From: a virus
Taxonomy: Duplodnaviria; Caudoviricetes
Strand: one strand, 5' to 3'
IMG/VR virus record: IMGVR_UViG_3300042935_001404
DNA length: 64,000 nucleotides
The notes under the pieces are model-generated. The model worked only from the letters and a program-made list of their open reading frames with translations, ran no database searches and was not told where the DNA came from. The position numbers and the translations under genes were made by a program. Below are positions 10,358 through 19,416 of this stretch, in pieces; position 1 is the first letter of the stretch; every line of letters begins with the position of its first letter.

Positions 10358-11043
10358 TTTTGTTTTGGTAAAGTTGTCCAGGAAACAATGGCTCTTTTGT
10401 ATTTAAGTCCATTGGCCAGAAAGTTGTCACTGGTGTGAAATTTTTTGCGGCTTGCGGCAAATAATGATCCCTTGGTCCAAGGAAAAATCTTTTCAATACT
10501 GAACCATTGGAAATCTCCCATTGGGATATGTGAAAAATATTTTTGTCGGGTTTCTTCAGTGATGTGATACTTGCCAGGTTGTTTCAATGGATGTGCATCC
10601 ATGTAGTCTTGCGGAATATTGTTTTCGCTTTCCTGTTCAAACACAATAGTATTGCTATCAAATGTATCCAATGGGATAATGAAAGTCCATGCAGGATCTG
10701 AATCAACTGGATTTGCTCTTAAATTTGAATGATCGTAATCAGTGTGTATGTTGTAAGGATTTACTGAATTGAATATGTGAATCTGTTGCATAAACAAATC
10801 AGCACCAAAGTGCTCGGCAAACTTTGGTGCTAAAATGTCATGAATTATTTTGTTATCTTGATTGTAGAAATCAAAATTGTAATAATTAGCGTACAAATAT
10901 TTTTCACCAGGTTTACCACGAGGATGATCGCCTTCGTGATAACTATCGACCGGATCAACTGTAGTCATAACAAATTTTTCAATTGTTTCAACTTCTTTGT
11001 CAGACAGAAAATTATCAATAACTCTGGTATCAATATTTCGCAT
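10354..11043 (-). CDS. Putative 2OG-Fe(II) oxygenase-fold protein
   Basis: VIDNFLS N-terminus, HTD and distal FH iron-ligand pattern, C-terminal KRAIV. Confidence 0.55.
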   Translation of the reverse strand: MRNIDTRVIDNFLSDKEVETIEKFVMTTVDPVDSYHEGDHPRGKPGEKYLYANYYNFDFYNQDNKIIHDILAPKFAEHFGADLFMQQIHIFNSVNPYNIHTDYDHSNLRANPVDSDPAWTFIIPLDTFDSNTIVFEQESENNIPQDYMDAHPLKQPGKYHITEETRQKYFSHIPMGDFQWFSIEKIFPWTKGSLFAASRKKFHTSDNFLANGLKYKRAIVSWTTLPKQK

Positions 11044-11051
11044 ACAAATAT

Positions 11052-11354
11052 TTATAACCCATTTAGAATTTTATTAGTTTCGGGTTGAACAAGATTGGCC
11101 ACAGCACCAACATCTACCACAAAGTCTATGTCGCGAATTTCGTCATCTAATTCTGCAAGGGTACGAGTCAACATCACCTCAATCTCATCCACACTCATAC
11201 CTTGCTTTTGCAGTGTAGACAAGTTAAACGTCTTCTGACGACCGCCGTGAAATTTAAGAATTACTTTCTTGATACATTCTAACGGTACATCAGTTTTGGA
11301 TACGTCGGCAATAATGTGTTCCCAAGCAGTCAGGAAGTCTTTATTGTGTTCCAT
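11052..11354 (-). CDS. Hypothetical phage protein
   Basis: Intact ORF; start refined to MEHNK. Confidence 0.65.
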   Translation of the reverse strand: MEHNKDFLTAWEHIIADVSKTDVPLECIKKVILKFHGGRQKTFNLSTLQKQGMSVDEIEVMLTRTLAELDDEIRDIDFVVDVGAVANLVQPETNKILNGL

Positions 11355-12090
11355 CGGCAACAGCAGTCTTAACTTTGTTAGGGCCACGTGTGCGTTTTGC
11401 AGGCACAGCCGGCTCGGTTGCTACTGGTTTGCTTTTGCTTGGGCGACTAACTGTGGGATCCATGCGTTCAGCATCTTTCTTCATACGTGCCGCTTCTGCG
11501 ATCATTGACTTGGCATTTGCTTCCATTACCTGTGCTTGTGACAACATGTTGGCAGCAATGTCGCGATCAGTCAACGCACCACCTTCACCGGCTCGCAGTA
11601 CTGGAGGAGCAACATAACCAGGTGCTGACTTGGCAGCCTGTCCGGCTTTGTATTCTGCTTCTGCTTTGCGTTTGACTTCTGGCGCTACCATTCCGCGGCT
11701 GGCATCATTTTGTGCCATACGCTTGATGGCTTCTTCGCCTTGCTTCATTTCATTCAACATCTTGTTGAGTTCATCTAGGCGAATTCTTGCATCGCCGGAA
11801 GGTGTAACAATGATGTCACTAGAACGTACCTTCTTGATCATGCGCTCTTGGTGCAGAGTTTCCAAGATAGGACGACCATCTGGGAAGTAACTGCGATGTA
11901 GCGCATCGGCAAATTCTTCTGCTGATTGACCAATTGTACTTTCCAATACCTTTTGCACAGAATCTTGCCAGTGTGCCTGTAGCGTTTCGGGATAGACAAC
12001 TAGACTCATGTGATCTTCTCCGGGTACCTGACGGAACAAAATGCAGACCTTACGGTCACCGTGTTTACCAACGTGTTTCATAAATGCCAT
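11341..12090 (-). CDS. Hypothetical phage protein with coiled-coil C-terminus
   Basis: 249 aa, SD-like GGAG upstream, operonic. Confidence 0.75.
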   Translation of the reverse strand: MAFMKHVGKHGDRKVCILFRQVPGEDHMSLVVYPETLQAHWQDSVQKVLESTIGQSAEEFADALHRSYFPDGRPILETLHQERMIKKVRSSDIIVTPSGDARIRLDELNKMLNEMKQGEEAIKRMAQNDASRGMVAPEVKRKAEAEYKAGQAAKSAPGYVAPPVLRAGEGGALTDRDIAANMLSQAQVMEANAKSMIAEAARMKKDAERMDPTVSRPSKSKPVATEPAVPAKRTRGPNKVKTAVADGTQ

Positions 12091-12092
12091 TG

Positions 12093-12296
12093 TTACTCTC
12101 CTTGTGTGTTACTGGCCGCAGATTCTTCCTGGGCCTTGGCTTGTGCTACTACTGCTTCAAGGAAACTGGTTAGTTTGTTGTAAACTTCTCCAATCTCCTT
12201 CATTTCTGCGGCACGGAAGGCACCGCGTGTGCTTGCTAAGTCAACGATATCTTTTAACAGATTTAAATCGGCGATAGTAATTTCTTTGTTTTCCAT
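12093..12296 (-). CDS. Small hypothetical protein (ASTRGAFRAAEM motif)
   Basis: Intact ORF abutting the next gene. Confidence 0.7.
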   Translation of the reverse strand: MENKEITIADLNLLKDIVDLASTRGAFRAAEMKEIGEVYNKLTSFLEAVVAQAKAQEESAASNTQGE

Positions 12297-12394
12297 ATAG
12301 ATATTTAATAAAAAAATGTGCAGTGCAAAAGTTTTTTACTGTGGATTACACTCAAAACTGGTCACTTAGGACAAATTGATCATCCTAAACTAGA

Positions 12395-12628
12395 TTAAAA
12401 TTCTACCAATTGCTTTACATCTTTTGTTGGAACCCACATGACATTGTGAATGTCTTGTTTGACTTTTACCGGAAGATCAGCATGCACCAACACACGTTTT
12501 TCCTGTTCTCTTACTACAGTACCGATAAATGGCACTCCAGCAAAACGTCCAAATACTCTGGATCCAAGATCAAACTTTGACCCTGGAGCATCTTTGTTTT
12601 TGTTGGCAAAGTATTCGGCGTAGCCCAT
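12395..12628 (-). CDS. Small hypothetical protein
   Basis: Stop/start overlap with the upstream ORF. Confidence 0.6.
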   Translation of the reverse strand: MGYAEYFANKNKDAPGSKFDLGSRVFGRFAGVPFIGTVVREQEKRVLVHADLPVKVKQDIHNVMWVPTKDVKQLVEF

Positions 12629-12855
12629 TATTCAAAATGCTCTTTTAATGTTTTTACACTTTCACTAATTGTGCATTTAACAATGCCTTGTTGGAATGTG
12701 GTCATGGCACAATGCATAGGTGTTGCATCTACAACTTGAATGCATTCTTCAATTAACAATTCTGCAAATTTTTCCAATGGAATATACACATCGTCGGGTA
12801 AGTTGTCTATTTTTAATCCTGCCTGCAATGCAAGATCGTGTAGTTTTTGTTTCAT
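12628..12855 (-). CDS. Small hypothetical protein (LEKFAELLIEEC motif)
   Basis: 1-nt overlaps with both neighbours. Confidence 0.65.
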   Translation of the reverse strand: MKQKLHDLALQAGLKIDNLPDDVYIPLEKFAELLIEECIQVVDATPMHCAMTTFQQGIVKCTISESVKTLKEHFE

Positions 12856-13175
12856 TATTTAACTCCAAATTCTTGTTCCAGGTCTCCATCATTATAAAAG
12901 AAACCTTGTCCTTGATCGTATTTGTTCTGTGCCAGTTGTTCAAATGTTTCTCCGTCGTAAAATTTCTCAATGACCATACGCCATCGTTCTTCAGGATAAT
13001 CAATTAGTTCAAATTCGTCAACTCGGCCGTAGCCGTCATAGGTGCCACGTACACGATCGCCGTTCTTAAACAGCACAACAACACCCGAAGCAAATGCCCA
13101 AGGTGTGTTTCTTACTGCAACCTCTGCCATTACAGGCTTGTCTGATTTGGCACAACGCCAACTGAAGAATCCCAT
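12855..13175 (-). CDS. Hypothetical protein (MGFFSWRCAKS...GTYDGYGRV)
   Basis: Start refined to the ATG immediately after the VWA gene stop. Confidence 0.65.
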   Translation of the reverse strand: MGFFSWRCAKSDKPVMAEVAVRNTPWAFASGVVVLFKNGDRVRGTYDGYGRVDEFELIDYPEERWRMVIEKFYDGETFEQLAQNKYDQGQGFFYNDGDLEQEFGVK

Positions 13176-13179
13176 TTTA

Positions 13180-14487
13180 TTATGCCTCTTCATCTTCACC
13201 ATAGTAGGCATATTGCCCGAATGGTGGAACAATAGATCTGGTACCGTGCAAGATGAACACTGTTTCTGTATAGTTTTCGTCGCCCCAACTACCAAATGGG
13301 TATCCGTCTGTAAACATAACCAATCTCTTGGGCTCAATTTCGTTGTGTTTCAAGTACTGGTACACGCAATCGAAGTCTGTGCCGCCGCCACCTGCTGGCT
13401 CGTAGTCACAAATGGTATCCAAGTTGTCACTATCGTATTGCACAGGATTGTAAGTCTCTGTATCAAAGCTAACCACATGGATCTTGTATGCCGGGAACGA
13501 TTCCATAATGCCTTGGATCTCACTTAAGAAGTCCTTTAACATGGCCTCGCCAATAGAACCCGATGTGTCGATTGCCACTGCAATATCGATCATGGGCTCC
13601 AGCTTCATACCAGGCATAATAGCATCCATGTCCCAACCTTTACGGCCGGTTCGCATCCAGGTGTAGTCACTCTTAATAGTGCTTTCTAACTGCATACGGA
13701 GCAGTTCGCGCCAGTTCATTTTGGGCTCAGTCAAGTCCTTTAAGATACGACGAACACCTGCGGGCAAGTTACCTGCGCCATCTGCGTCTGCGGCCACAGC
13801 CGACAACATAGCTTCTTTAATCTCGTCTTTAATTTGCTGACGATCCTCGGCACTTAACTTGGGACGACCCTTGCCTTTTTTGTCGCCTTCTTCGCCTTCC
13901 TCACCAGAGCCGCCACTGTCGTCATCACCCTCACCATCCAAGTGCTCGTCAATCATCTGTTCCATCAATTTGCCAATGTCGATTTTGTCTGCTTTTTCAT
14001 ACAAGATATCGTACACTTCCTCGGCACATAGGCCTTCATACTTTTTGTCGTACAAGCAAGGAACACTGGTAATGAACTCGCCGACACCGTGCTTCTTCAA
14101 GTCCCCGTTCACACAATAGTCGTCTGCAATATTCCACAACATGGGATCCCGCTCACCTCTGCGTCCAAAGTGGTCATACACACAATGCAACACCTCGTGC
14201 CCAAACAGGAACTCTACTTCTTTGGGCTTCAGCAGTTTAATAAACTTGCAATTATAATAAAAATTACGGCCATCTGTTGCGGCAGTAGGGCACCATTCGT
14301 CTGCGTTGACAAGCTTCAACCGAGTTGCCAAGTTACCAAAGAAACTGGCCTTAAGCAACAGGCCCACACGGGCAGTGGTCAAAATTTCTCGTACTTCTCG
14401 ATCCAGTTTAGGATCCATTTTACCTACGAGATCTTTAAACTTGTCGTTTTCTTTAGAATCTGCGGTAGTACCTTTTTTGGCGCTCAT
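13180..14487 (-). CDS. Putative metallopeptidase-VWA protein (DUF2201-like)
   Basis: PTAATDG, GHEVLHC (HExxH), IAVAIDTSGSI (MIDAS DxSxS), GGGGTDF, FTDGY. Confidence 0.88.
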   Translation of the reverse strand: MSAKKGTTADSKENDKFKDLVGKMDPKLDREVREILTTARVGLLLKASFFGNLATRLKLVNADEWCPTAATDGRNFYYNCKFIKLLKPKEVEFLFGHEVLHCVYDHFGRRGERDPMLWNIADDYCVNGDLKKHGVGEFITSVPCLYDKKYEGLCAEEVYDILYEKADKIDIGKLMEQMIDEHLDGEGDDDSGGSGEEGEEGDKKGKGRPKLSAEDRQQIKDEIKEAMLSAVAADADGAGNLPAGVRRILKDLTEPKMNWRELLRMQLESTIKSDYTWMRTGRKGWDMDAIMPGMKLEPMIDIAVAIDTSGSIGEAMLKDFLSEIQGIMESFPAYKIHVVSFDTETYNPVQYDSDNLDTICDYEPAGGGGTDFDCVYQYLKHNEIEPKRLVMFTDGYPFGSWGDENYTETVFILHGTRSIVPPFGQYAYYGEDEEA

Positions 14488-14514
14488 AACATTCCTTTTG
14501 TTGCTTATGTATGT

Positions 14515-14543
14515 ATTATAGCAGAATATGCATTATTCGTCAA
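14515..14543 (-). promoter_or_regulatory. Sigma70-type promoter TTGACG-N17-TATAAT
   Basis: Directly upstream of the VWA gene. Confidence 0.75.
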
Positions 14544-14545
14544 GC

Positions 14546-14878
14546 TCAAACAGTGTTAGGATGACTCAACATAAACCAATTTAGTTCTTTGTCTGTGGCC
14601 ACATAGATTCTATAATCATTGTACCGAGCACTGTATGCCCACAAAGGATTGACGTCATCCGGCTCAAACAGCAGGGGATTGGCACTACCGCTTTTGATCA
14701 TGGCAACACGGGTTTCAACATCTTGGCTCCATCCGAATGTCTTATTAAACCATTTCCGACCATGATCAAAATCTAACACACCTGTGCCTTTCCAGTGTGC
14801 CTTTGAGAATTCAATCATGTACTGAAAATATTCTTTTTGACTGTACCGCTTGTCGAGTCTAGTAATTTTGTATTTCAT
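14546..14878 (-). CDS. Hypothetical phage protein
   Basis: Intact ORF. Confidence 0.65.
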   Translation of the reverse strand: MKYKITRLDKRYSQKEYFQYMIEFSKAHWKGTGVLDFDHGRKWFNKTFGWSQDVETRVAMIKSGSANPLLFEPDDVNPLWAYSARYNDYRIYVATDKELNWFMLSHPNTV

Positions 14879-14884
14879 AATAAA

Positions 14885-14906
14885 GAAGCGGTATCTCTAC
14901 CGCTTC
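14885..14906 (-). terminator. Terminator-like hairpin after the AAA ATPase
   Basis: GAAGCGGTA/TACCGCTTC 9-bp stem followed by a short U-rich run. Confidence 0.5.
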
Positions 14907-14911
14907 CTTGT

Positions 14912-15997
14912 TTACGCTCTAGCCTGCAAAATGTACTTGCCGTACTTTTGGTGGAACTCGTCAAAGTTCTTTAGCTTGGTAGGTTGGAATGGCAAGTCGT
15001 ATGTGGTAAGAGCAATACGAGCACCCATAACAACTAGTTCTGTCTCAAAGTTCTTCATCATGTAGCCAAGAAAGTTGTCGGACATGTTATGGAACTCTTT
15101 ATCTGGCACTTTACGAGCCACTGCATCTTTGAGCTCGTAGCACATGGAGATAACCAAACTGTACATGGCACTGACTTCTTTAACAGACAGGTCGGTTACC
15201 TTGCCGCTTAAGATATCCTCGGGCTTGGGCAGTTTAGAACTAATCTTACGATGAGCCATAAACTTAACAGCAAGGCCTTCGCCAATTGTACCAGCAATTA
15301 AGTTGGTCAAAGTATCGTTGTCTGTGTCCTCGTCATCCAACAACTGGCTCACAAAGGTCCATGAGCGTGGAGTAGCAAAGGCACGGCTGGCACTCTTAGC
15401 GTCAAAGTCGTACAGGTCCTGTTTGGCAAAACTCAAATAACCCACAACATCTTTGTGGATGTTGTGTTGAACAGCCCAGGCCTGGTAACTGGCAAAGTCC
15501 ACCTTCATCTCTTGGTGGATGAAACGATTGGCAAGCGGAGTAGGCATACGATAGGTAACGCCTTTGTCGCTTTCTCTGTTGCCGGCGGCCACCATAACAA
15601 CATTGTCCGGCAGTTTATACTTGCCTACACGACGATTCAAAATAAGTTGGTAAGCGGCTGCCTGTACGTTGCCTGCGGCACTGTTCATCTCGTCCAAGAA
15701 CAGCACTACAATAGGATACTGGCTGGCAGTTTCCTCGTCGGGCAGGTCGATGGGCGGTGCCCAGTCCATCTTGCCAATTTCTTTATTGTAAAAAGGAATG
15801 CCTCGAATGTCTGTGGGCTCCATCTGTCCCAGTCGGCAGTCGTACATAATGCCACCTAGCTCGTTTGCAAGTTCCTCTACCAGTTCGGATTTACCGATAC
15901 CGGGAGGACCCCAAAGGAACAGCGGGCGTTTAACTTTAAATGCTTTTAACAAACTCTTGCGAGCCTGCGTAGAGGTAACGGTACGGGTATCTGACAT
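14912..15997 (-). CDS. MoxR/dynein-related AAA+ ATPase
   Basis: Walker A GPPGIGKS, Walker B VLFLDE, AAGNRESD, LANRF. Confidence 0.92.
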   Translation of the reverse strand: MSDTRTVTSTQARKSLLKAFKVKRPLFLWGPPGIGKSELVEELANELGGIMYDCRLGQMEPTDIRGIPFYNKEIGKMDWAPPIDLPDEETASQYPIVVLFLDEMNSAAGNVQAAAYQLILNRRVGKYKLPDNVVMVAAGNRESDKGVTYRMPTPLANRFIHQEMKVDFASYQAWAVQHNIHKDVVGYLSFAKQDLYDFDAKSASRAFATPRSWTFVSQLLDDEDTDNDTLTNLIAGTIGEGLAVKFMAHRKISSKLPKPEDILSGKVTDLSVKEVSAMYSLVISMCYELKDAVARKVPDKEFHNMSDNFLGYMMKNFETELVVMGARIALTTYDLPFQPTKLKNFDEFHQKYGKYILQARA

Positions 15998-16032
15998 AGT
16001 GCTTCCTTGTTGCTAATGTATGTATTATACTG

Positions 16033-16422
16033 TTAAACTGTTTTTCCGTCAACCAGCCTGCGGATGCGTACACCCATGTCTTCTTCTGTGTCGCCTTTGC
16101 CTGTGAGCATGTAGGCAGTGTACTCTACCATGTCTGCTTCTTTAAACTCCAAAGCAATGCCCAAGTTCTTAAACACAAGGTTAACTTGTTTAAGAGTTTC
16201 TTCCACTGTTTTTTGCACAATGTCTACATGGCTGGAGTCTACCTCGTCATCATCGTAGCCCATCTCGTCTGTCAGCACTTTGTGGAAGGACATTTCGTCA
16301 TCCATAATGCAGAACTTACCAAACGCCTTGTTTAGCGTTTCGTCGCCAAAGTCTTCAATGTGTTCACCAATGTCGTTAGTGTCGATATCGCTAAGGCGTT
16401 CTTGTTTTGTGTATGTATGCAT
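16033..16422 (-). CDS. Acidic hypothetical protein
   Basis: GGAG SD and strong promoter upstream. Confidence 0.7.
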   Translation of the reverse strand: MHTYTKQERLSDIDTNDIGEHIEDFGDETLNKAFGKFCIMDDEMSFHKVLTDEMGYDDDEVDSSHVDIVQKTVEETLKQVNLVFKNLGIALEFKEADMVEYTAYMLTGKGDTEEDMGVRIRRLVDGKTV

Positions 16423-16451
16423 AGTTGGCTCCTTTTAGTTACTATACAAGT

Positions 16452-16480
16452 ATTATAGCAAAATGGGAATTATGGGTCAA
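16452..16480 (-). promoter_or_regulatory. Sigma70-type promoter TTGACC-N17-TATAAT with extended -10 TG
   Basis: Consensus match; palindrome 16511-16542 lies upstream. Confidence 0.8.
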
Positions 16481-16535
16481 CCAGGCTAAAAGTGTCTATT
16501 TTTTAAGCAGAATGTAGTGTTGTTTTTACGCAACA

Positions 16536-17138
16536 CTACATTGTGGGTCCGTTGCCGTTTTTAAAGCCTACCGCACCGCCTTCTGCTTCTATGCGTTTGA
16601 TAACGTCTTCAAACAAGATAGGGGCAAAGTCGGTCTGTTCCACGCAGACACAATGGTAACGAGGATCGATGTCATCACTATACAATACAGTACCAGTTTT
16701 AGCATCAACTCCGCGAGCTTTCTTCACACGACTGGCGTGCAAGTGTCCGTGAATGTTGGTACCAAAACGACCTAACGATGCTTCGTGCACCGGGATATGA
16801 CTCAAGATCATTCCGTTCATCACATGGTATGCACGTAATTCTCGGAAGTATTCGCGGTATTCAACATCAGGAAAGATGTCATGGTTGCCGCGGATCAACA
16901 CCTTGTCGCCATTCAATCTAGCCAATGTTTTTAAACTCTTGCGGTTAATAACAACATCGCCTAAATGGTACACCTTGTCGTTTGGCCGAACACGATCGTT
17001 CCAACGCTTTACCATTTCCTCATCCATTTCATCTGGATCAGTCCATGGCCGAATCTTTGTGATCCCGTCTGCTTCTGTGAATCGGCACACGCCGGCATGA
17101 CCAAAGTGTGTGTCGCTGGTTAAAAATACTGCTGGCAT
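16536..17138 (-). CDS. Calcineurin-like metallophosphoesterase
   Basis: SDTHFGH, LGDV, RGNHD, SHIP, HGHLH. Confidence 0.92.
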   Translation of the reverse strand: MPAVFLTSDTHFGHAGVCRFTEADGITKIRPWTDPDEMDEEMVKRWNDRVRPNDKVYHLGDVVINRKSLKTLARLNGDKVLIRGNHDIFPDVEYREYFRELRAYHVMNGMILSHIPVHEASLGRFGTNIHGHLHASRVKKARGVDAKTGTVLYSDDIDPRYHCVCVEQTDFAPILFEDVIKRIEAEGGAVGFKNGNGPTM

Positions 17139-17163
17139 TGTGTGCTCCTTTCTTTAATGTAAT

Positions 17164-17192
17164 ATTATAACATTTTGGGTATATTTGGTCAA
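17164..17192 (-). promoter_or_regulatory. Sigma70-type promoter TTGACC-N17-TATAAT
   Basis: Consensus match upstream of the phosphoesterase. Confidence 0.75.
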
Positions 17193-17674
17193 TCAGCAGA
17201 AAGTATTACTTCTTGCCAGGTGTGATCACCCATGTACTTGACCTGCATTATGTACTGATAATCTTCTGGAGTACCGGTGCTCCAGTCCTTGGGACCATTG
17301 AGCACCAACAGATTTTTTTCATGCCGTCGGTGCCACACTAACCAATAGCAGTTGCCCATGACAATTTGAAAATGGTACTCTGCGGCATACACAGCGTCGG
17401 TTACATCGAGCCGTCGTTTGATCGCTTGTGCTTGTTTTTCTAGTACTGAGACCAGTTCCATGATACGATCATACTCTTGCTGAGCATACATCCTAGCATG
17501 ATTGATCATTACATCCTTTTGCTTTTCAACTGGGATTAGATCAAACTTGGGTCCACCGGATTCAGTGGCATAGGGAGTTACATTACGGTTAAAAAAATGA
17601 ACCAGTGTGTTGCCGGTTGAAACATCAAAACTGTTTCTTCCTTTGGCGGAGTTTGTGTGATCTGAGTCATCCAT
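17189..17674 (-). CDS. Hypothetical protein, DUF2452-like
   Basis: YATESGGPKFDLIP...QQEYDRIME pattern recognised from memory. Confidence 0.55.
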   Translation of the reverse strand: MDDSDHTNSAKGRNSFDVSTGNTLVHFFNRNVTPYATESGGPKFDLIPVEKQKDVMINHARMYAQQEYDRIMELVSVLEKQAQAIKRRLDVTDAVYAAEYHFQIVMGNCYWLVWHRRHEKNLLVLNGPKDWSTGTPEDYQYIMQVKYMGDHTWQEVILSAD

Positions 17675-17679
17675 GCACG

Positions 17680-17901
17680 TCAGCACTCGATGTCAATGTG
17701 TCGACCCTTGTCAAGGTCTAGTCGGAGATTTCTGCTCACACGTTCTGCTATGATTTGATCAAGTCTTCGTTCTTCAATTTTTTTACTGTAATCTTGTTCT
17801 CGTTGTTTGTCCATACGAGTCTGATCTAGTCGATACTGTTCTAGATTGTACTTTATAACGTTTTGTTCGGCTCTTGATATTTGCATTTTGATTAATCCCA
17901 A
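17680..17901 (-). CDS. Small hypothetical protein
   Basis: Operonic ORF. Confidence 0.55.
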   Translation of the reverse strand: MGLIKMQISRAEQNVIKYNLEQYRLDQTRMDKQREQDYSKKIEERRLDQIIAERVSRNLRLDLDKGRHIDIEC

Positions 17902-18239
17902 TACATTTGGTTATTTTTTTGAAAATAATAATCTTTTACTAAATCCGTCATGTCGCTGTGATCAACTCTGTACTGTTGATGATTAACTGATATTCTTACA
18001 TAACTTGCTGGGGCACTTTCGGGCCTGGGCGTTGTGGTTTTGTAATGAATAAACCAATGCTGATTAGGTGTCGTAAAAGAACAACCATTGTTGTCAAGCC
18101 AATTATCTAGTAGATATTCAAACTGTTCTGCAGACATTGCATACGTGTGTGCATGTGCATCTGTGACACGTATGGTGATGTCAACTGACTGCTTGTCTTT
18201 AAACAGGTATATTTTTAACGATTTTTTAAATGCAAGCAT
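17892..18239 (-). CDS. Hypothetical protein
   Basis: Operonic ORF downstream of the tRNA cluster. Confidence 0.55.
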   Translation of the reverse strand: MLAFKKSLKIYLFKDKQSVDITIRVTDAHAHTYAMSAEQFEYLLDNWLDNNGCSFTTPNQHWFIHYKTTTPRPESAPASYVRISVNHQQYRVDHSDMTDLVKDYYFQKNNQMYWD

Positions 18240-18255
18240 GTAACAATATTTTAAA

Positions 18256-18329
18256 TGGAGCGGAGTGAGAGAATCGAACTCTCGACCGAAGATTGGAAAT
18301 CTGCTGTTTTGCCATTAAACTAACCCCGC
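18256..18329 (-). tRNA. tRNA-Gly(TCC)
   Basis: Cloverleaf, loop TT-TCC-AA, CCA encoded. Confidence 0.95.
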
Positions 18330-18338
18330 ATACTAACT

Positions 18339-18413
18339 TGGTACCTGGACACGGTTTCGAACCGCGGACCCTCTCCGTGTAAAGGAGACGCTCTACCCCT
18401 GAGCTATCCAGGC
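18339..18413 (-). tRNA. tRNA-Val(TAC)
   Basis: Cloverleaf, loop TT-TAC-AC, CCA encoded. Confidence 0.95.
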
Positions 18414-18426
18414 TTCTATTCTACTT

Positions 18427-18500
18427 TGGTCTCGGTAGCAGGAATCGAACCTACGCTCGAACGTCCCAAACGTTCAGTGATACCATTTCACCATACCGAG
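18427..18500 (-). tRNA. tRNA-Pro(TGG)
   Basis: Cloverleaf, loop TT-TGG-GA, CCA encoded. Confidence 0.95.
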
Positions 18501-18506
18501 AAAAAC

Positions 18507-18659
18507 TTAACTGGGAATTATATGAGGCAAATACGGAACTGCTCTAGGACCGTGCAGTTGTTGCAACAACTTACGAGCCTCTTCTGCAGAGTCAGCACCC
18601 ACACGAGCCTTAAACTCTCGACCATCTGGTCCTCTAACTGTTGCTTCGTATAATTTCAT
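18507..18659 (-). CDS. 50-aa hypothetical protein MKLYEATVRGPDGREF... (below ORF-track cutoff)
   Basis: ATG to TAA between tRNA-Thr and tRNA-Pro; stops 7 nt before the tRNA. Confidence 0.6.
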   Translation of the reverse strand: MKLYEATVRGPDGREFKARVGADSAEEARKLLQQLHGPRAVPYLPHIIPS

Positions 18660-18674
18660 TTTGTAACTTTAAAA

Positions 18675-18749
18675 TGGTGCCCAATGTCTGATTCGAACAG
18701 ACGACCTACCGCTTACAAGGCGGTTGCTCTACCCCTGAGCCAATCGGGC
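18675..18749 (-). tRNA. tRNA-Thr(TGT)
   Basis: Cloverleaf, loop CT-TGT-AA, CCA encoded. Confidence 0.95.
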
Positions 18750-18756
18750 GTGTTTC

Positions 18757-18764
18757 TATTTATA
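18757..18764 (-). promoter_or_regulatory. T4-type late promoter TATAAATA
   Basis: Exact octamer just upstream of tRNA-Thr. Confidence 0.55.
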
Positions 18765-18767
18765 GAC

Positions 18768-18853
18768 TGGTGCGAGTGGCCGGAATCGAACCGGCACGCC
18801 ATTACAGCGGCAGATTTTAAGTCTGCTGTGGCTACCGATTACACCACACTCGC
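18768..18853 (-). tRNA. tRNA-Leu(TAA)
   Basis: Class II cloverleaf, loop CT-TAA-AA. Confidence 0.95.
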
Positions 18854-18870
18854 ATTTCTAACTTGTATAT

Positions 18871-18899
18871 ATTATACAATAAATCGAGTTAATTGTCAA
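18871..18899 (-). promoter_or_regulatory. Sigma70-type promoter TTGACA-N17-TATAAT
   Basis: Perfect consensus upstream of the five-tRNA cluster. Confidence 0.85.
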
Positions 18900-18909
18900 C
18901 CAGAAGAGA

Positions 18910-19416
18910 TTAACTGTTTAGGACTTTGGCAACCGAATTCATCACTGCGGCAATACGTCCAATATCACGAAGCTGTTCTACTGTGTAGCCTTCTTGCTTG
19001 AGTGTTTCGTAATGTGCCTTAACACAGAAGTGGCACCGGCCAACAATACTTGCGGCCAAACTAAATGCTTCAAAGTTTGATTTGGTAGTTCCACCATGTG
19101 ATGCAATAGCGTTCATGCGTAACTGTGCTGGCAGTCCTTTTAGAGCAGGATCATCAGCCATTTCAATGTAAGGATACCACACATTGTTCTGTGCCATGAT
19201 GCTGGCAGCAGTCATTGCTGACTCTGCGTGTACCGGAGCATCTGCTAAAATTACTGATAGGATCTTTCCGTTACCAGTTGCGGCCAATGCGGCCACGGCA
19301 CAACCCATAGCCACATCTGCATCTAATGTACTACGCAAAAGTACTGCATCAAGATTTAACTTGGTGTCCTTTGCGTAGTCTGGCAATGCACCTTTGACGG
19401 CGTCGATGAAACTCAT
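18910..19416 (-). CDS. ahpD: Alkyl hydroperoxide reductase AhpD
   Basis: LPDYAKDTKLNL, MAQNNVWY, GRCHFCVKAH (CxxC-H). Confidence 0.93.
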   Translation of the reverse strand: MSFIDAVKGALPDYAKDTKLNLDAVLLRSTLDADVAMGCAVAALAATGNGKILSVILADAPVHAESAMTAASIMAQNNVWYPYIEMADDPALKGLPAQLRMNAIASHGGTTKSNFEAFSLAASIVGRCHFCVKAHYETLKQEGYTVEQLRDIGRIAAVMNSVAKVLNS

